A stretch of 64,000 nucleotides of DNA from Octopus sinensis (lineage: Eukaryota): contig NC_042999.1 in assembly GCF_006345805.1 (NCBI RefSeq), positions 107,570,001-107,634,000 of the forward strand, in the 5' to 3' direction. Of this stretch, positions 12,587 to 24,032 are shown one piece after another (within the stretch, counting starts at the first letter, position 1; the number at the start of each line of letters is the position of its first letter). The notes beneath the pieces are model-generated. The model did not search any database, was not told the DNA's origin, and was given only the letters and a program-made list of their open reading frames with translations. The position numbers and the translations under genes were made by a program.

Positions 12587-13660
12587 CTGTTGAGGCAGAG
12601 GCAAGTGTGTGACACTTGTGGAGACCTGTTGAGGCAAGTGTGTGACCCTTGTGAAGACCTGTTGAGGCAAGTGAAATCAAACCAAAATCCAAACCAAATC
12701 AAAATAGATGAATATCAATGGAATTTGTATCTTTGTGGTTCCAGTACCGGTGGCACACAAGAAAACCATCCGAACGTGGCCGTCGACTGGCCTCGTGCTG
12801 TGGGCACAACAAACACCATCTGATCGTGGCCGTTCGCCAGCCTCACCTGGCACCTGTGTCGGTGGCACATAAAAACACCACCACCATCCAAAGACCCGGC
12901 GACGTAGTCAGTCCACCTGTGCTTACCTTCCCTCTTATGACACTTGTGAAGACCTGTGAGGCAGAGGCAAGTGTGTGACACTTTGTGAAGACCTGTTGAG
13001 GCAGAGGCAAGTGTGTGACACTTGTGGAGACCTGTTGAGGCAAGTGTGTGACACGCGTGACACTTGTGAAGACCTGCTGAGGCAAGTGAAATCAAACCAA
13101 ATCAAAATAGATGAACATCAATGGAATTTGTATCTTTGTGGTTCCAGTACCGGTGGCACACAAGAAAACCATCCGATCGTGGCCGTTCGCCAGCCACATC
13201 TGGCACCTGTGTCGGTGGCACATAAAGACACCATCCGAAGACCCGGCGACGTAGACAGTCCCCTATGCATACCTTCCTTCTTGTGACACTTGTGAAGACC
13301 TGTTGAGGCAAGTGAAAATCAAATCAAATCAAAACAAATCAAAATAGATGAACATAAATGGAATTTGTATCTTTGTGGTACCAGTGCCGGTGGCACACAA
13401 GAAAATCATCCGAACGTGGCCGTAGCCAGTACCGCATAGACTGGCCTCCGTGCTTTGGGGACGTAACAAACACCATCCGATCGTGGCCGTCCGCCAGCCT
13501 CATCTGGCACCTGTGTCGGTGGCACATAAAAACACCATCCGAGCGTGGCCGTCTGCCAGCCTCGTCTGGCACCTGTGTCGGTGGCACATAAAAACACCAT
13601 CCGAGCGTGGCCGTTCGCCAGCCTCGTCTGGCACCTGTGTCGGTGGCACATAAAATCACC
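12587..13660 (+). repeat. Higher-order tandem array: about three 350-380 bp units built from 26-32 bp and about 45 bp subrepeats
   Basis: Recurring gtgtgacacttgtgaagacctgttgaggcaa, ggaatttgtatctttgtgg (three times) and accatccga.cgtggccgt..gccagcctc..ctggcacctgtgtcggtggcacataaaaac. Confidence 0.9.
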
Positions 13661-13835
13661 CACTACACTCTCGGAGTGGTTGGCGTTAGGAAGGGCATCC
13701 AGCTGTAGAAACACTGCCAGATCTGACTGGCCTGGTGCAGCCTTCGGGCTCCCCAGACCCCAGTTGAACCGTCCAACCCATGCTAGCATGGAAAACGGAC
13801 GCTAAATGATGATGATGATGATGATGATGATGATA
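13660..13835 (+). mobile_element. SINE family C 3' module with RTE-like (GAT)n tail
   Basis: cactacactctcggagtggttggcgttaggaagggcatccagc...gtccaacccatgctagcatggaaaacggacg..(gat)n. Other copies at about 16545-16700(-), 20948-21240(+), 39520-39700(-), 44235-44500(-), 60107-60498(+). Confidence 0.85.
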
Positions 13836-14008
13836 CATATATACGACAGGCTTCTTTCAGTTTCCGTCTACCAAATCCACTCACAAGGCATTGGTCGGCC
13901 CGGGGCTGTAGCAGAAGACACTTGCCCAAGATGCCATGCAGTGGGACTGAACCCGGAACCATGTGGTTGGTTAGCAAGCTACTTACCACACAGCCACTCC
14001 TGCGCCTA
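13836..14008 (-). mobile_element. SINE family A, tRNA-like head half
   Basis: Reverse complement of aggcgcaggagtggctgtgtggtaag...ggttcagtccc...gggcaagtgtctt. Confidence 0.85.
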
Positions 14009-14173
14009 TGCATATATTTTATTTATTACACTATGTATATATATATGTATATATATATGTATATATATTATATATATTTATATATATATGTATATATATA
14101 TATTTATATATATTGTGTATATAATATATTATATATTTATATATGTATATATATATATATTTATATATATATG

Positions 14174-14205
<32 letters not shown>

Positions 14206-14223
14206 TAATATATATATATATAT

Positions 14224-14254
<31 letters not shown>

Positions 14255-15513
14255 CCTACCTATATATATATATATTATTTTTAAAATTTTATTTTTATTT
14301 TTATCTAGTTTCAGCTCATGAGCTGTGGCCATGCTGGGGCACCACCACTAGGTGTTGCTACATGATTTTACTTCACAAATGCTTTTTAGCAATTGCCATT
14401 TGGTGCATGAGAGAGTTCGATGCAGCTGCCCTCATCTGCACTTCCTGCCGTGAAGTTGGTTAATCTGGGACACCTGACAAGAAGAGATCCAGTTTTATTT
14501 TAAAGACATCTGCATCCCTCCCCCATGCAGGTCTCTCAGGTTCTTCAGGAGGATATTGAAGAGTTGTGGGCCTCAGAAGCCCAGGCTATCACAGTATCTT
14601 GATACACCAAACATTTCAGCTGTTTTCGTTATGCTAGCACCTACCATACAAACACCAACAATTTGACCTCTTTGAAAGCCTGATAGATCGATCATTTTAA
14701 TGTATTTTAATTACCTTTTACTGATGATATCTGAAAAGAAACAGCAATTTTATCAAAACATATTAAGCAAGACTAATAATAAATCAAAAAACATAAAAAT
14801 AAACAAGCTTTTGATGATTTTATAGATATTTCAAAATTATGATGCTATGATACTAGGTGTTTCCATTATTTTGTCCAACCCCTGTATATAAATCTACACA
14901 AATACACATATCCATGCCCACTCATCCACGTATAGATCCAGAAAGAGCAGCTTCCATAAGATCACTTGACAGCGAAGAATAGTAGCTAAATCTTTCCTAT
15001 ACTGTAAAATTGTTCACTTTTGGTAAAGCAGTATTCTATTGACAAACTACAAAACAGCTTCCAGTAATTGTTTCTTTTCTTCAAGGAAACCAGTAATTAG
15101 AATTCTGAATATTTTACAATCAGTGGCCAAGTTTACTTGAGAAAAAGAAAGAAAATTCTTTTGAAGCAGCAAGATAAATTATATTTAAAATCATGTCTAC
15201 ACTTTCAAAGATATCCATAGAAATTCAGAACTTAAGAATTGCTTTCTACAATTTCTCATGTTTCTGTAATAAAGCTTCTTGTGAATTTATCCAAAAGCAG
15301 TTCAATATTTAATACATGTAACTGGATAAAATAATTTCTTATGACTATGTCTTTCTGATATTGTCTCTAAGTTTACACAGTAGATGATATATTTATGCTT
15401 TACAAAACCTTTTACAAATTCAATTTCTAAAATGCATTCTCTGAGTTTGAAGTGTCACTATTTCCATAAAATACCTATCCATAAAATACTGTGAGTAATG
15501 CTTCAGTGGTTTC

Positions 15514-15547
<34 letters not shown>

Positions 15548-15701
15548 TTGGCAGTAGTGTAAAATTTAGGCAACTCTCTAGTCACTGTATTTTAAAATGT
15601 TGATATTTTATAAAAAGCAAGCTAAGTATGTTTACACTTGTACATCAATGAAGTTGGGTGATGTGTTTCTATGATGGAAGAATCTTTAACTGTGTCTTAA
15701 T

Positions 15702-15733
<32 letters not shown>

Positions 15734-15875
15734 GCGTGCATGCGTGCGTGTTTGTGTGTCTGTCTGTCTGTCTGGCTATACATATATATATATACACACA
15801 CACTCACACGCACGCACACACACACACACACACACACATGCCAGCATGGAAAATGGACGCTAAATGATGATGATG

Positions 15876-16371
<496 letters not shown>

Positions 16372-16704
16372 TGTCAATATTAGACATAAGTGATATAATA
16401 AATAATTATTATACATACATGTGCATACATAAAAATATGCATGTATGTGGTTGCATTTTGTGTGTGTATGTGTATACACACATATATATATAAGAGCACA
16501 TATGCATGCATGTTTGTAAGTGTATATATATATATAGATATATATCATCATCATCGTTTAACGTCTGCTTTCCATGCTAGCATGGGTTGGATGATTTTAA
16601 CTGAGGGCTGGCAAACCAGATGGTTGCACCAGGCTCCAAGCTTGATTTGGCAGAGTTTCTACATCTGGATGCCCTTCCTAATGCCAACCACTCCGAGAGT
16701 GTAG

Positions 16705-16773
<69 letters not shown>

Positions 16774-16777
<4 letters not shown>

Positions 16778-17166
16778 CTCCCAGTCAGTGTCCTGCATAT
16801 CGAAGGCATTTAATGAGGACTTGACAGTCCTTAAATCGCAGCCTTGGTTTCTGCTGGAGTCTCCTTCCATTCACAAGTTCTCCATAGAGCATCTGCTTAG
16901 GAACCAGGTTAAGGAGGGGATCGACACTTTTGAGAGAGCATGTATCCAGCATGAAGAACTTAGGCAAGCTGCGTGAAAGTGCACAGCTCATATAGTGAAT
17001 GGGGAAAGCTTGGTCTGCAATGTTTGCAGTCGTGTATGCTTGTCAAGAGCAGGGCTCATTAGCCACCAACAGAGCCACAAATGCAAAATATAAGTTAGTC
17101 CTAGAGCGCACAATGTTCCTGAAGGTCGGCAATGGTCTTCCTCGTTCACGAGTGGACGGCCATCAT
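16774..17166. mobile_element. RTE-clade LINE 3' fragment with 5' inversion
   Basis: Minus 16902-16774: PKQMLYGELVNGRR..KPRLRFKD..DWEN. Plus 16899-17166: RNQVKEGIDTFE...CNVCSRVCLSRAGLISHQQSH*, then tail gagtggacggc(cat)n. Flanked by (TA)n on both sides. Confidence 0.85.
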
Positions 17167-17186
17167 GTATATATATATATATATAT

Positions 17187-18312
17187 GGTATGGTGGTTGT
17201 CTACTCCTTATGCAGAATTTGACCACCTCCTGTACATACACCTTAGAACCATCATGGCATCTGATGTGGCTTTTTAAACTAGACAATGTTTTCATAAAGA
17301 CACCCACATAAATTGCATATCTGATTTAGACAACCAACAGCTGCAGATAAGTTCTGATCTTTATGGATCTTAAAATGTCTTTTGAGGCCGCCATTAGATT
17401 TGAAAACCTTCTGGCATACATTTCATTCAAAGGTGTGCACAGACACATAAGCAGAATAGTTGGTGGAGTTCATTTTCCATGGGTTCACAAATGAGATTTG
17501 AGCCCAGCAAAAGAAAGGCATAGTCTGTCATAAAGGATAAAATCATTTATGATTTTATCAGGTGGTCAGCATGAATAAAAAACCTTGCAAGAAAATTTTT
17601 CTAAATACTAAATTAATATTTGTATACATAATTATAACAAGGTGTCAGAAACAAGACTCTCCACGTGCTGAAAATAGATGCCAAACGACGCTAAAAACCA
17701 CCTTAAAACTCCAAAAACACAAAAATTAAACTTTTAGTTAATTGTATATTAGAAATAATTTCAGGCTAAAATTATAAATACTGTCATGATCAGCATAGAT
17801 ATTCTAGAGAATAAATATACATGTATCTATAGATATCTACAATAGGCGCAGGAGTGGCTGAGTGGTAAGAAGCTTGCTTACCAACCATATGGTTCCAGGT
17901 TCAGTCCCACTGCATGGCACCTTGGCCAAGTGTCTTCTACTATAGCCTCAGGCTGACCAAAGCCTTGTGAGTGGATTTCGTAGATGGAAACTGGAAGAAG
18001 CCTGTCGTATATATACATACATATATGTATATGTATGTGTGTGTATATGTTTGTGCATCTGTGTTTGTTCCCCCAATATCGCTTGACAACTGATGCTGGT
18101 GTGTTTGTGTCCCCGTAACCTAGCAGTTCAGCAAAAGAGACTGATAGAATAAGTTCTAGGCTTACAAAAAATAAGTCCTAGGGTTGATTTCTTCACCTAA
18201 AGCCGGTGCTCCAGCATGGCCACAGTCAAATGACTGAAACAAGTAAAAGAGTAAAGAGTATACTTATACAAGCAGCAACATCACACAGTAATATATATAC
18301 GCACTTGCAAAA
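17187..18312 (-). mobile_element. Chimeric repeat, copy 1: AT-rich segment + C2H2 fingers + RTE-like tail, interrupted by a SINE at 17844-18258
   Basis: Collinear with 39843-40575. Encodes CNVCQKVFKSNGGLKRHFKIH plus degenerate neighbouring fingers. Tail ggagtagacaaccaccat resembles the RTE tail at 17150-17166. Confidence 0.75.
17844..18258 (+). mobile_element. SINE family A, full length
   Basis: Pol III A box TGGCTGAGTGG (17855-17865), B box GGTTCAGTCCC (17898-17908), ccttggccaagtgtctt central motif, microsatellite and (aaagagt)n tail. Confidence 0.9.
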
Positions 18313-18593
18313 ATATACAGTATATATATAATTAAAATCACAATAAGGGTGAAAAAAATTGAATATTAATTAATAACATCAATTTAAAACACCAAGTGGC
18401 CCAGCGTAAAAAAACTGATACAGTAAAAATTATTAATACAAGTAATAAGAGAGAGACCACATGTGGTCACTCTAACGCTAGAAATAGATCCGCAAAGGGA
18501 ATCCACCACTAAAGAATTGTTCTCAAGCATTAATTCAACATGCCAAGAATGTAAGTGGGCAGGACAAATGAAAAATAACGAAAAAATAGATTA

Positions 18594-18669
18594 ACTCTAT
18601 ACAATTGTTTCATCGTTAATAGATTGTGTAATTTTACTTACACAATCATTTTCGAATCCTCAGTTGAGT
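18594..18669 (-). ncRNA. Type I hammerhead ribozyme, slightly degenerate
   Basis: Minus: actcaa-CTGAGGA(18663-18657)-T TCG...GATTGTGTAA/TTACACAATC hairpin...CGA T-GAAA(18611-18608)-CAATTG-TA|tagagt. Palindromic stem III ACAATTGT. U.U at the base of stem II and one A.A in stem I. Confidence 0.7.
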
Positions 18670-19018
18670 ATATCAAAAATATAATTTGCTGAACCGAATG
18701 CCAAACTCTATACGAAGCCGAGCAAAGGCGAACAGCACAGCCGATTATATTTGTAGTTACGTTCAAATATCCTCATTCTTGGCGCGTTGAAAATACCGGA
18801 TGTAAATACTACCCCAGTAATTTACTGCCGGTTTGAGAACATATTAATTTATAATTAAAATCACAATAAGGGTGAAAAAAATTGAATATTAATTAATAAC
18901 ATCAATTTAAAACACCAAGTGGCCCAGCGTAAAAAATAACTGGGATACAGTAAAAATTATTAATACAAGTAATAAGAGAGAGACCACATGTGGTCCTAAG
19001 AATGAGGATATTTGAACG

Positions 19019-19234
19019 AAGTGGAGAGGGAAGGGTACGTTGATTGAAAGAATGTTCGGAGGCTAAGGAAAGAATTTCGCTATTGAAGTGGAGTGCACGT
19101 TAAGATAAATGTTCAAACCATGATAGTCTCCGTGGTTTGAACAATTAGCTTAACGTGCACTCCACTTCAATAGTGAAATTCTTTCCTTAGCCTTCGAACA
19201 TTCTTTCAATCAACGTACCCTTCCCTCTCCACTT
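19019..19234. repeat. Inverted repeat with 102-bp arms (19019-19120 / 19133-19234), 4 mismatches, 12-nt loop
   Basis: Arms aligned by eye. Confidence 0.95.
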
Positions 19235-19386
19235 GTTCCCTACCTATTATTCCTTTAGCCCTTCTCTTCCTACTATCTATCTTTGACGTCAATTCTTCTA
19301 ACGGTTTTTTTTAAAAACACTCATTATCGTTTTGTTTACCATGTAGGCAGTCATCGAAATTTTTGTTTGTCTTGTCGAGAGAGGCT

Positions 19387-19480
19387 CCCTTTCTTTCCTG
19401 ATGAGAAGATTGCATAATGCACCCTTTATTCCTTTGGAATGAAACCATGTTGTCTTCGAAACATATGTCGAGAGTAAAGG
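19387..19480 (+). ncRNA. Type I hammerhead ribozyme, canonical core
   Basis: Stem I CTTTC(19393-97)/GAGAG(19470-74), extendable. CTGATGA 19398-19404. Stem II GAAGA/TCTTC with G10.1-C11.1 and a 43-nt insert. GAAA 19458-61. Palindromic stem III ACATATGT. GUC triplet, predicted cut after 19469. Confidence 0.85.
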
Positions 19481-19681
19481 AATTTTGTTAACATCTTCGT
19501 TCGGTTCCATTCTTTCATTTATTCATATACAACACACAAATTTCTGCACATGAACCCGGAGTTTCTACCCTTGGGCAGGTCGCTTCAACCGTGTTTCTGA
19601 CGTGAATTTGCTACCCTGGTTTCGGTTCAACGAATTTTCCATGCTGACGATAAACATAGGATAATTCATTCACCTATTTAA

Positions 19682-19723
<42 letters not shown>

Positions 19724-21399
19724 GATGAGCTTCTTTCAGTTTCCGTCTACCAAATCCACTCACAAAGCTTTGGTTGGCCCAAGGCTATAGCTGAGGACAT
19801 ATGCCAAGGTGCCACACAGAAAGACTGAACCTGGAACTATGTGGTTGGGAAGCAAGCTTCTTACCACACAGCCATGCTGTGCTTATCCACACAGCCACGC
19901 CTACACCTATATACATGCATGCATACATCTGCCTACTAATATATGCCTGCGTGCATACACACACACATATATATATATATGCACACACACTTACACAAAC
20001 AAAATACAAACATATACACATATTTTTTGTATATGTGTATGTATGTATAGTAATTATTTGTTATATCACTTATGTTTCACATTGCCAATGTTTTATAAAT
20101 ATTTTCTCAATAAATCATATCAGTGAGTTGTGAAAATGGTAACACTTAACTTTTTACCTCCATCACATTACTTTTTTAATGCAGAATTTTTTTTACATCA
20201 AAATGAAAAATTGTTTGCTTGCTTTCATAACTCTGAATTTTCTCTTTTTATTCTTCTTTGTTTTAACAACAGCTCAGCAGAACCAATAGTAATATCATTA
20301 ACTTACTTTTACATTGACTATCAACCGACAAGATAACCTTCTTGAAATAGCAGTTAAACTTTCTTGAATTCACACCCTACCATCTTATAAAGTTTTTTGA
20401 GATATACTATGTCTAAAACAGATATTGAATGGTTAAGCTGGAATGCCTTTGACCAAATGTCTATGCTCAATCAAGACTAACTTGGAGCTAAAAACCAGTG
20501 TTACTATTTCATTCTTTTGCTCTATCAATTATATTGAACAGTTGTTTTGTCTTTATATTAAGGAGAAGTTTTCTTGAAAACCACAAGAGGGACTAATGTT
20601 GTATTAGTGGAGTAAATTAGATTTATCACCTGGTTTAATCTCATTGTCTGGCATTGCCTTTAGTGAAATCTACTCTGTTGCAAACATTCCGGCAATTCTG
20701 GTTTTTTTTTCTCTCTCCAATCTTGGTGTCAAGCACTTTCTAAAAGCTCCTGAGCGCTGCCATTTCTCCCCTCATTTGGCATAAATGCTAAATTTTAAAA
20801 ATAGGTTAAACGTTTTCCAAACAGGTTTGTGTGAACCACAACCATTGACTGATCAAGTCTGCTGAAAGAAAGCAGAAGCAAGAAATCAATACTGTGGACT
20901 GATGTCTGTATGTATGAGTTTTGAAAAATTGTAGAGACAGATTTATAAAAAAGAAATTAGAACTGATTAGACTGGCTTCCGTGCAGGTGGCACGTAAAAT
21001 GCACCAATCCGACCGTGGCCGATGCCAGCCTCGCCTGGCACCAGTGCAGGTGGCACATAAAAAGCACCCACTACACTCACAGAGTGGTTGGCGTTAGGAA
21101 GGGCATCCAGCTGTAGAAACATTGCCAGATAAGACCGGAGCCTGGTGCAGCCTTCTGGCTTCCCAGATCCCCAGTCGAACCGTCCAACCCATGCTAGCAT
21201 GGAGAACGGACGTTAAACGATGATGATGATGATGATGATGATATTCAATATTTTCCTCAAGGTTTTATATCTTTAAACAAAAATGCTCCTGTCCTTAATT
21301 GCAGGAAAGCCTTCCCTCTTATTGTTCATAGCTCATGAAATGAAACTGATAAATCTAGACCTGAAGCAAAATTAAAGATCCACTACACTTCATTTATTC

Positions 21400-23360
21400 A
21401 TTAGATCATTATTAATGTTCCCAAGAAAATACACTAGTCCAGGTTCTTCCAAATTGGATTCCAAGGAACCATAAGTTTGTATGATAAACTTCCAGAATTC
21501 AGTGAGATAAAGTGCTTTTTAAAGAAATTTAATAAACGATTTCTTTTATGAAAAGATGGTAGTCCTCATTTTCAAAATAATTAATTGTGCAATAAACATC
21601 TGTAAAAACCTCTGTGCAATGCAGATGATGAGTTGAGCAAAATATGTAATGTGATATCAATAAATGAAAGCATGGAGAAAGATGTATTACTTTACATAGA
21701 TTGTTTAATGATTCAATATTATTTCAGGACAAAATTCCATTTTTCAAATGGAAGAACAACATGATAAAGAGAAAAGATTTGTTACTTTACATAACTTTTT
21801 TAATGATGTTATAATATTTCAGGAAAAAAATTCCTTTCCCAGATAAAATGGATGGCTAATAAGAAGAAATTTCTCTGAACTGCTTGGTTATTTTCTTTCT
21901 TCTCAAAGAGTTTGTAGACATGTGTTTGTTATTGGCAGGCAATTCTATTTGAAAAGGTAAATTTTTCTCAAAATATTGTAGGATTTTTAAACAACCTATG
22001 TAAGCTAATACAATACCTTTTATCTTTGTTTTGATTAGGTGACATATTTTGCTTATCCTCACCTGCATTGCTCAAAGGATTTTGTCACCATTTATCTCAT
22101 TTATACATATTACAATGCTTCAAGCAAAATACATTATTCTATTATAATAAAATGTTTGTTTTTAATTTGTTTTGTTATATTTTATTAATTCGCTCTAAAA
22201 CTATTTTTGCTTTTTTTAATGTCATTATTAGAATTAAAGTGGTGGTTATTGTCCATGAAATACAGGTATTGGTGATTTTTGAAAAATTGTATGCAAGTTC
22301 CTTGATAAAATTAGTTTGAGAACTACGGCACTAAGCGGTCTACTTCTAATGGTGATGAAAAGGTTTGACCTATGTAGTAGTTTACAATCCTTCTCTGATT
22401 CATTTCTTCGTTTCTGGGCACCAGACATTCTCAAAATGAAATTACATTCATAATTATCATTGAAATTTCGACGATGGCATCGTTGTTGTCTTTATAATTT
22501 GCATAAGGATTACATCAACAACTTTATTGCAGACACTGACCTGGAATGTATCCAGGATGGACCTAGAGGCAGTGATGATGGACCGAGAAGTGTGGAAGGT
22601 GGACTTTGTTGTTGTGGCCTGGGTTGGAAGCTGGCCATAATAATAAAGATTACATGCAAATTCAATAAGTTTTTTTTAACCTTTTTTGGTTGGTTTTCTA
22701 TTAGATACCTACACATAGCATTCCTCTTAATCTTTTTAATCTTTGTATTAACTATAGGCTTTGCTGATAAAATGAAGATTAGCCAGACTGTGAGTCACAT
22801 TGTTATTTAAAATTGTTGAACCCATATTGGCAGCAAAAAGTTACAGTAATAAATACCAAAGTGAGTGTAAACTGCAATTTCAGCAAAATTTAAATAACTT
22901 CTATACAATCATATGCTTTCAAGAATCAAATTCCAATCTTGTTTGATTTTTCTGATCTTCTCAAGCTATTTTCTTTACTTTCATCAGCAACAAGAGAGAT
23001 TGATTGATTTATGTATTTCACTGTTATAGATGTTCTCATTCTTTTCAAACTCTCTAGGTAATTCCTTTTGTCATCTGTTTCTATTTTTTGTCCAAATAAC
23101 ATGTCGGCCAGTTTATTCCCATTGCCTTTAGTTGATGTCATTGTGTTGCAAGTGTTCATTCAAACCAGGTGTTCAGTCTGAGTATAACACAGTATGCTGA
23201 ATAGCTGCTGTTGATGTTGCTGCATATCACAGCAACATATTCGTAATAGCTTTTTCTTCCGGCCAGTGTCAAGGGGGGGGGCATGCAAATATCATGGGTG
23301 TTGCCCTTACACATGTGATTAAGCCATAAAAAATTACTGTGTTTTATTTTAGGTAACATT
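21400..23360 (-). pseudogene. Highly decayed hAT-type (ZMYM1/DUF4371-like) transposase fragments
   Basis: MSGAQKRR N-terminus-like motif (about 22430), SISLVADESKENS (about 22990), LRRKKITKQF (about 21890). Many stops, and the fragment order is not collinear. Confidence 0.35.
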
Positions 23361-24001
23361 ATATCTACAATTGCAATCTGACATTTCGTTTGTCTATCAC
23401 TTTCTCACATTTTCACAAACTAGATGTGAGAAAGTAATAGACATAAAATAACAATGGTGATGAATATATCTGTTTTTTTTCATTCTAGCCTGTACTGCAC
23501 AGTTTTTCTAGCATCTCACCACTCAGTATAGGCCTTCATCATCTGGGACATACAACAACAGAGAAAACATTCTATTTACTTGTATAGGTTGTATATTTTG
23601 CCATAGTTTTTCAGTTAGATGCTCATTCTATCCTGCCAGCCAGTTTACAGAGTGTACTGGGTGCTTTTATCATTCTATCCGCATTAGAAAGATCATCCAC
23701 AGAAAATCTAAAATGTATCCACTAGTATACATATATCTTAATAATTCTAAATTGTTAGCATCATTTAATATGGACAGCTCTTTGATATACAAAGTTCTTT
23801 TTTCTTTATTACACTGCATCTCTTAAAATGCAAGAATTAAAAATGTTGCTTTCTATAAATTAATATCTATAAAAAAAATTACCATAAATGCAAAAATATT
23901 AAAAATATCATTATACTTCGAACTAAGTAGTATGATATTCCTTTTTATAATCATCATCACCATCATTATTATCTTCATCATCATTGTTAATAATGTTGTT
24001 G

Positions 24002-24032
<31 letters not shown>

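Noticed and set aside
12587-13660. CRISPR-like regular repeats
   Set aside because: No unique spacers, units are tandem and degenerate, context is eukaryotic, and the same units occur in dispersed SINE copies.
13922-14332. YI-repeat and similar long ORFs throughout the track
   Set aside because: Read-through of (TA)n, (CA)n and (GATA)n microsatellites.
17844-17915. tRNA genes
   Set aside because: A and B boxes belong to SINE heads, and no complete cloverleaf is evident.
18454-18470. GACCACATGTGGTC palindrome as a hammerhead stem III
   Set aside because: No GAAA, no CUGANGA and no stem I partner in either orientation.
19640-19690. Third hammerhead (CTGACGA + ATAGG/CCTAT stem)
   Set aside because: GAAA and stem III are absent, replaced by (TA)n. 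Kept only as a possible truncated relic.
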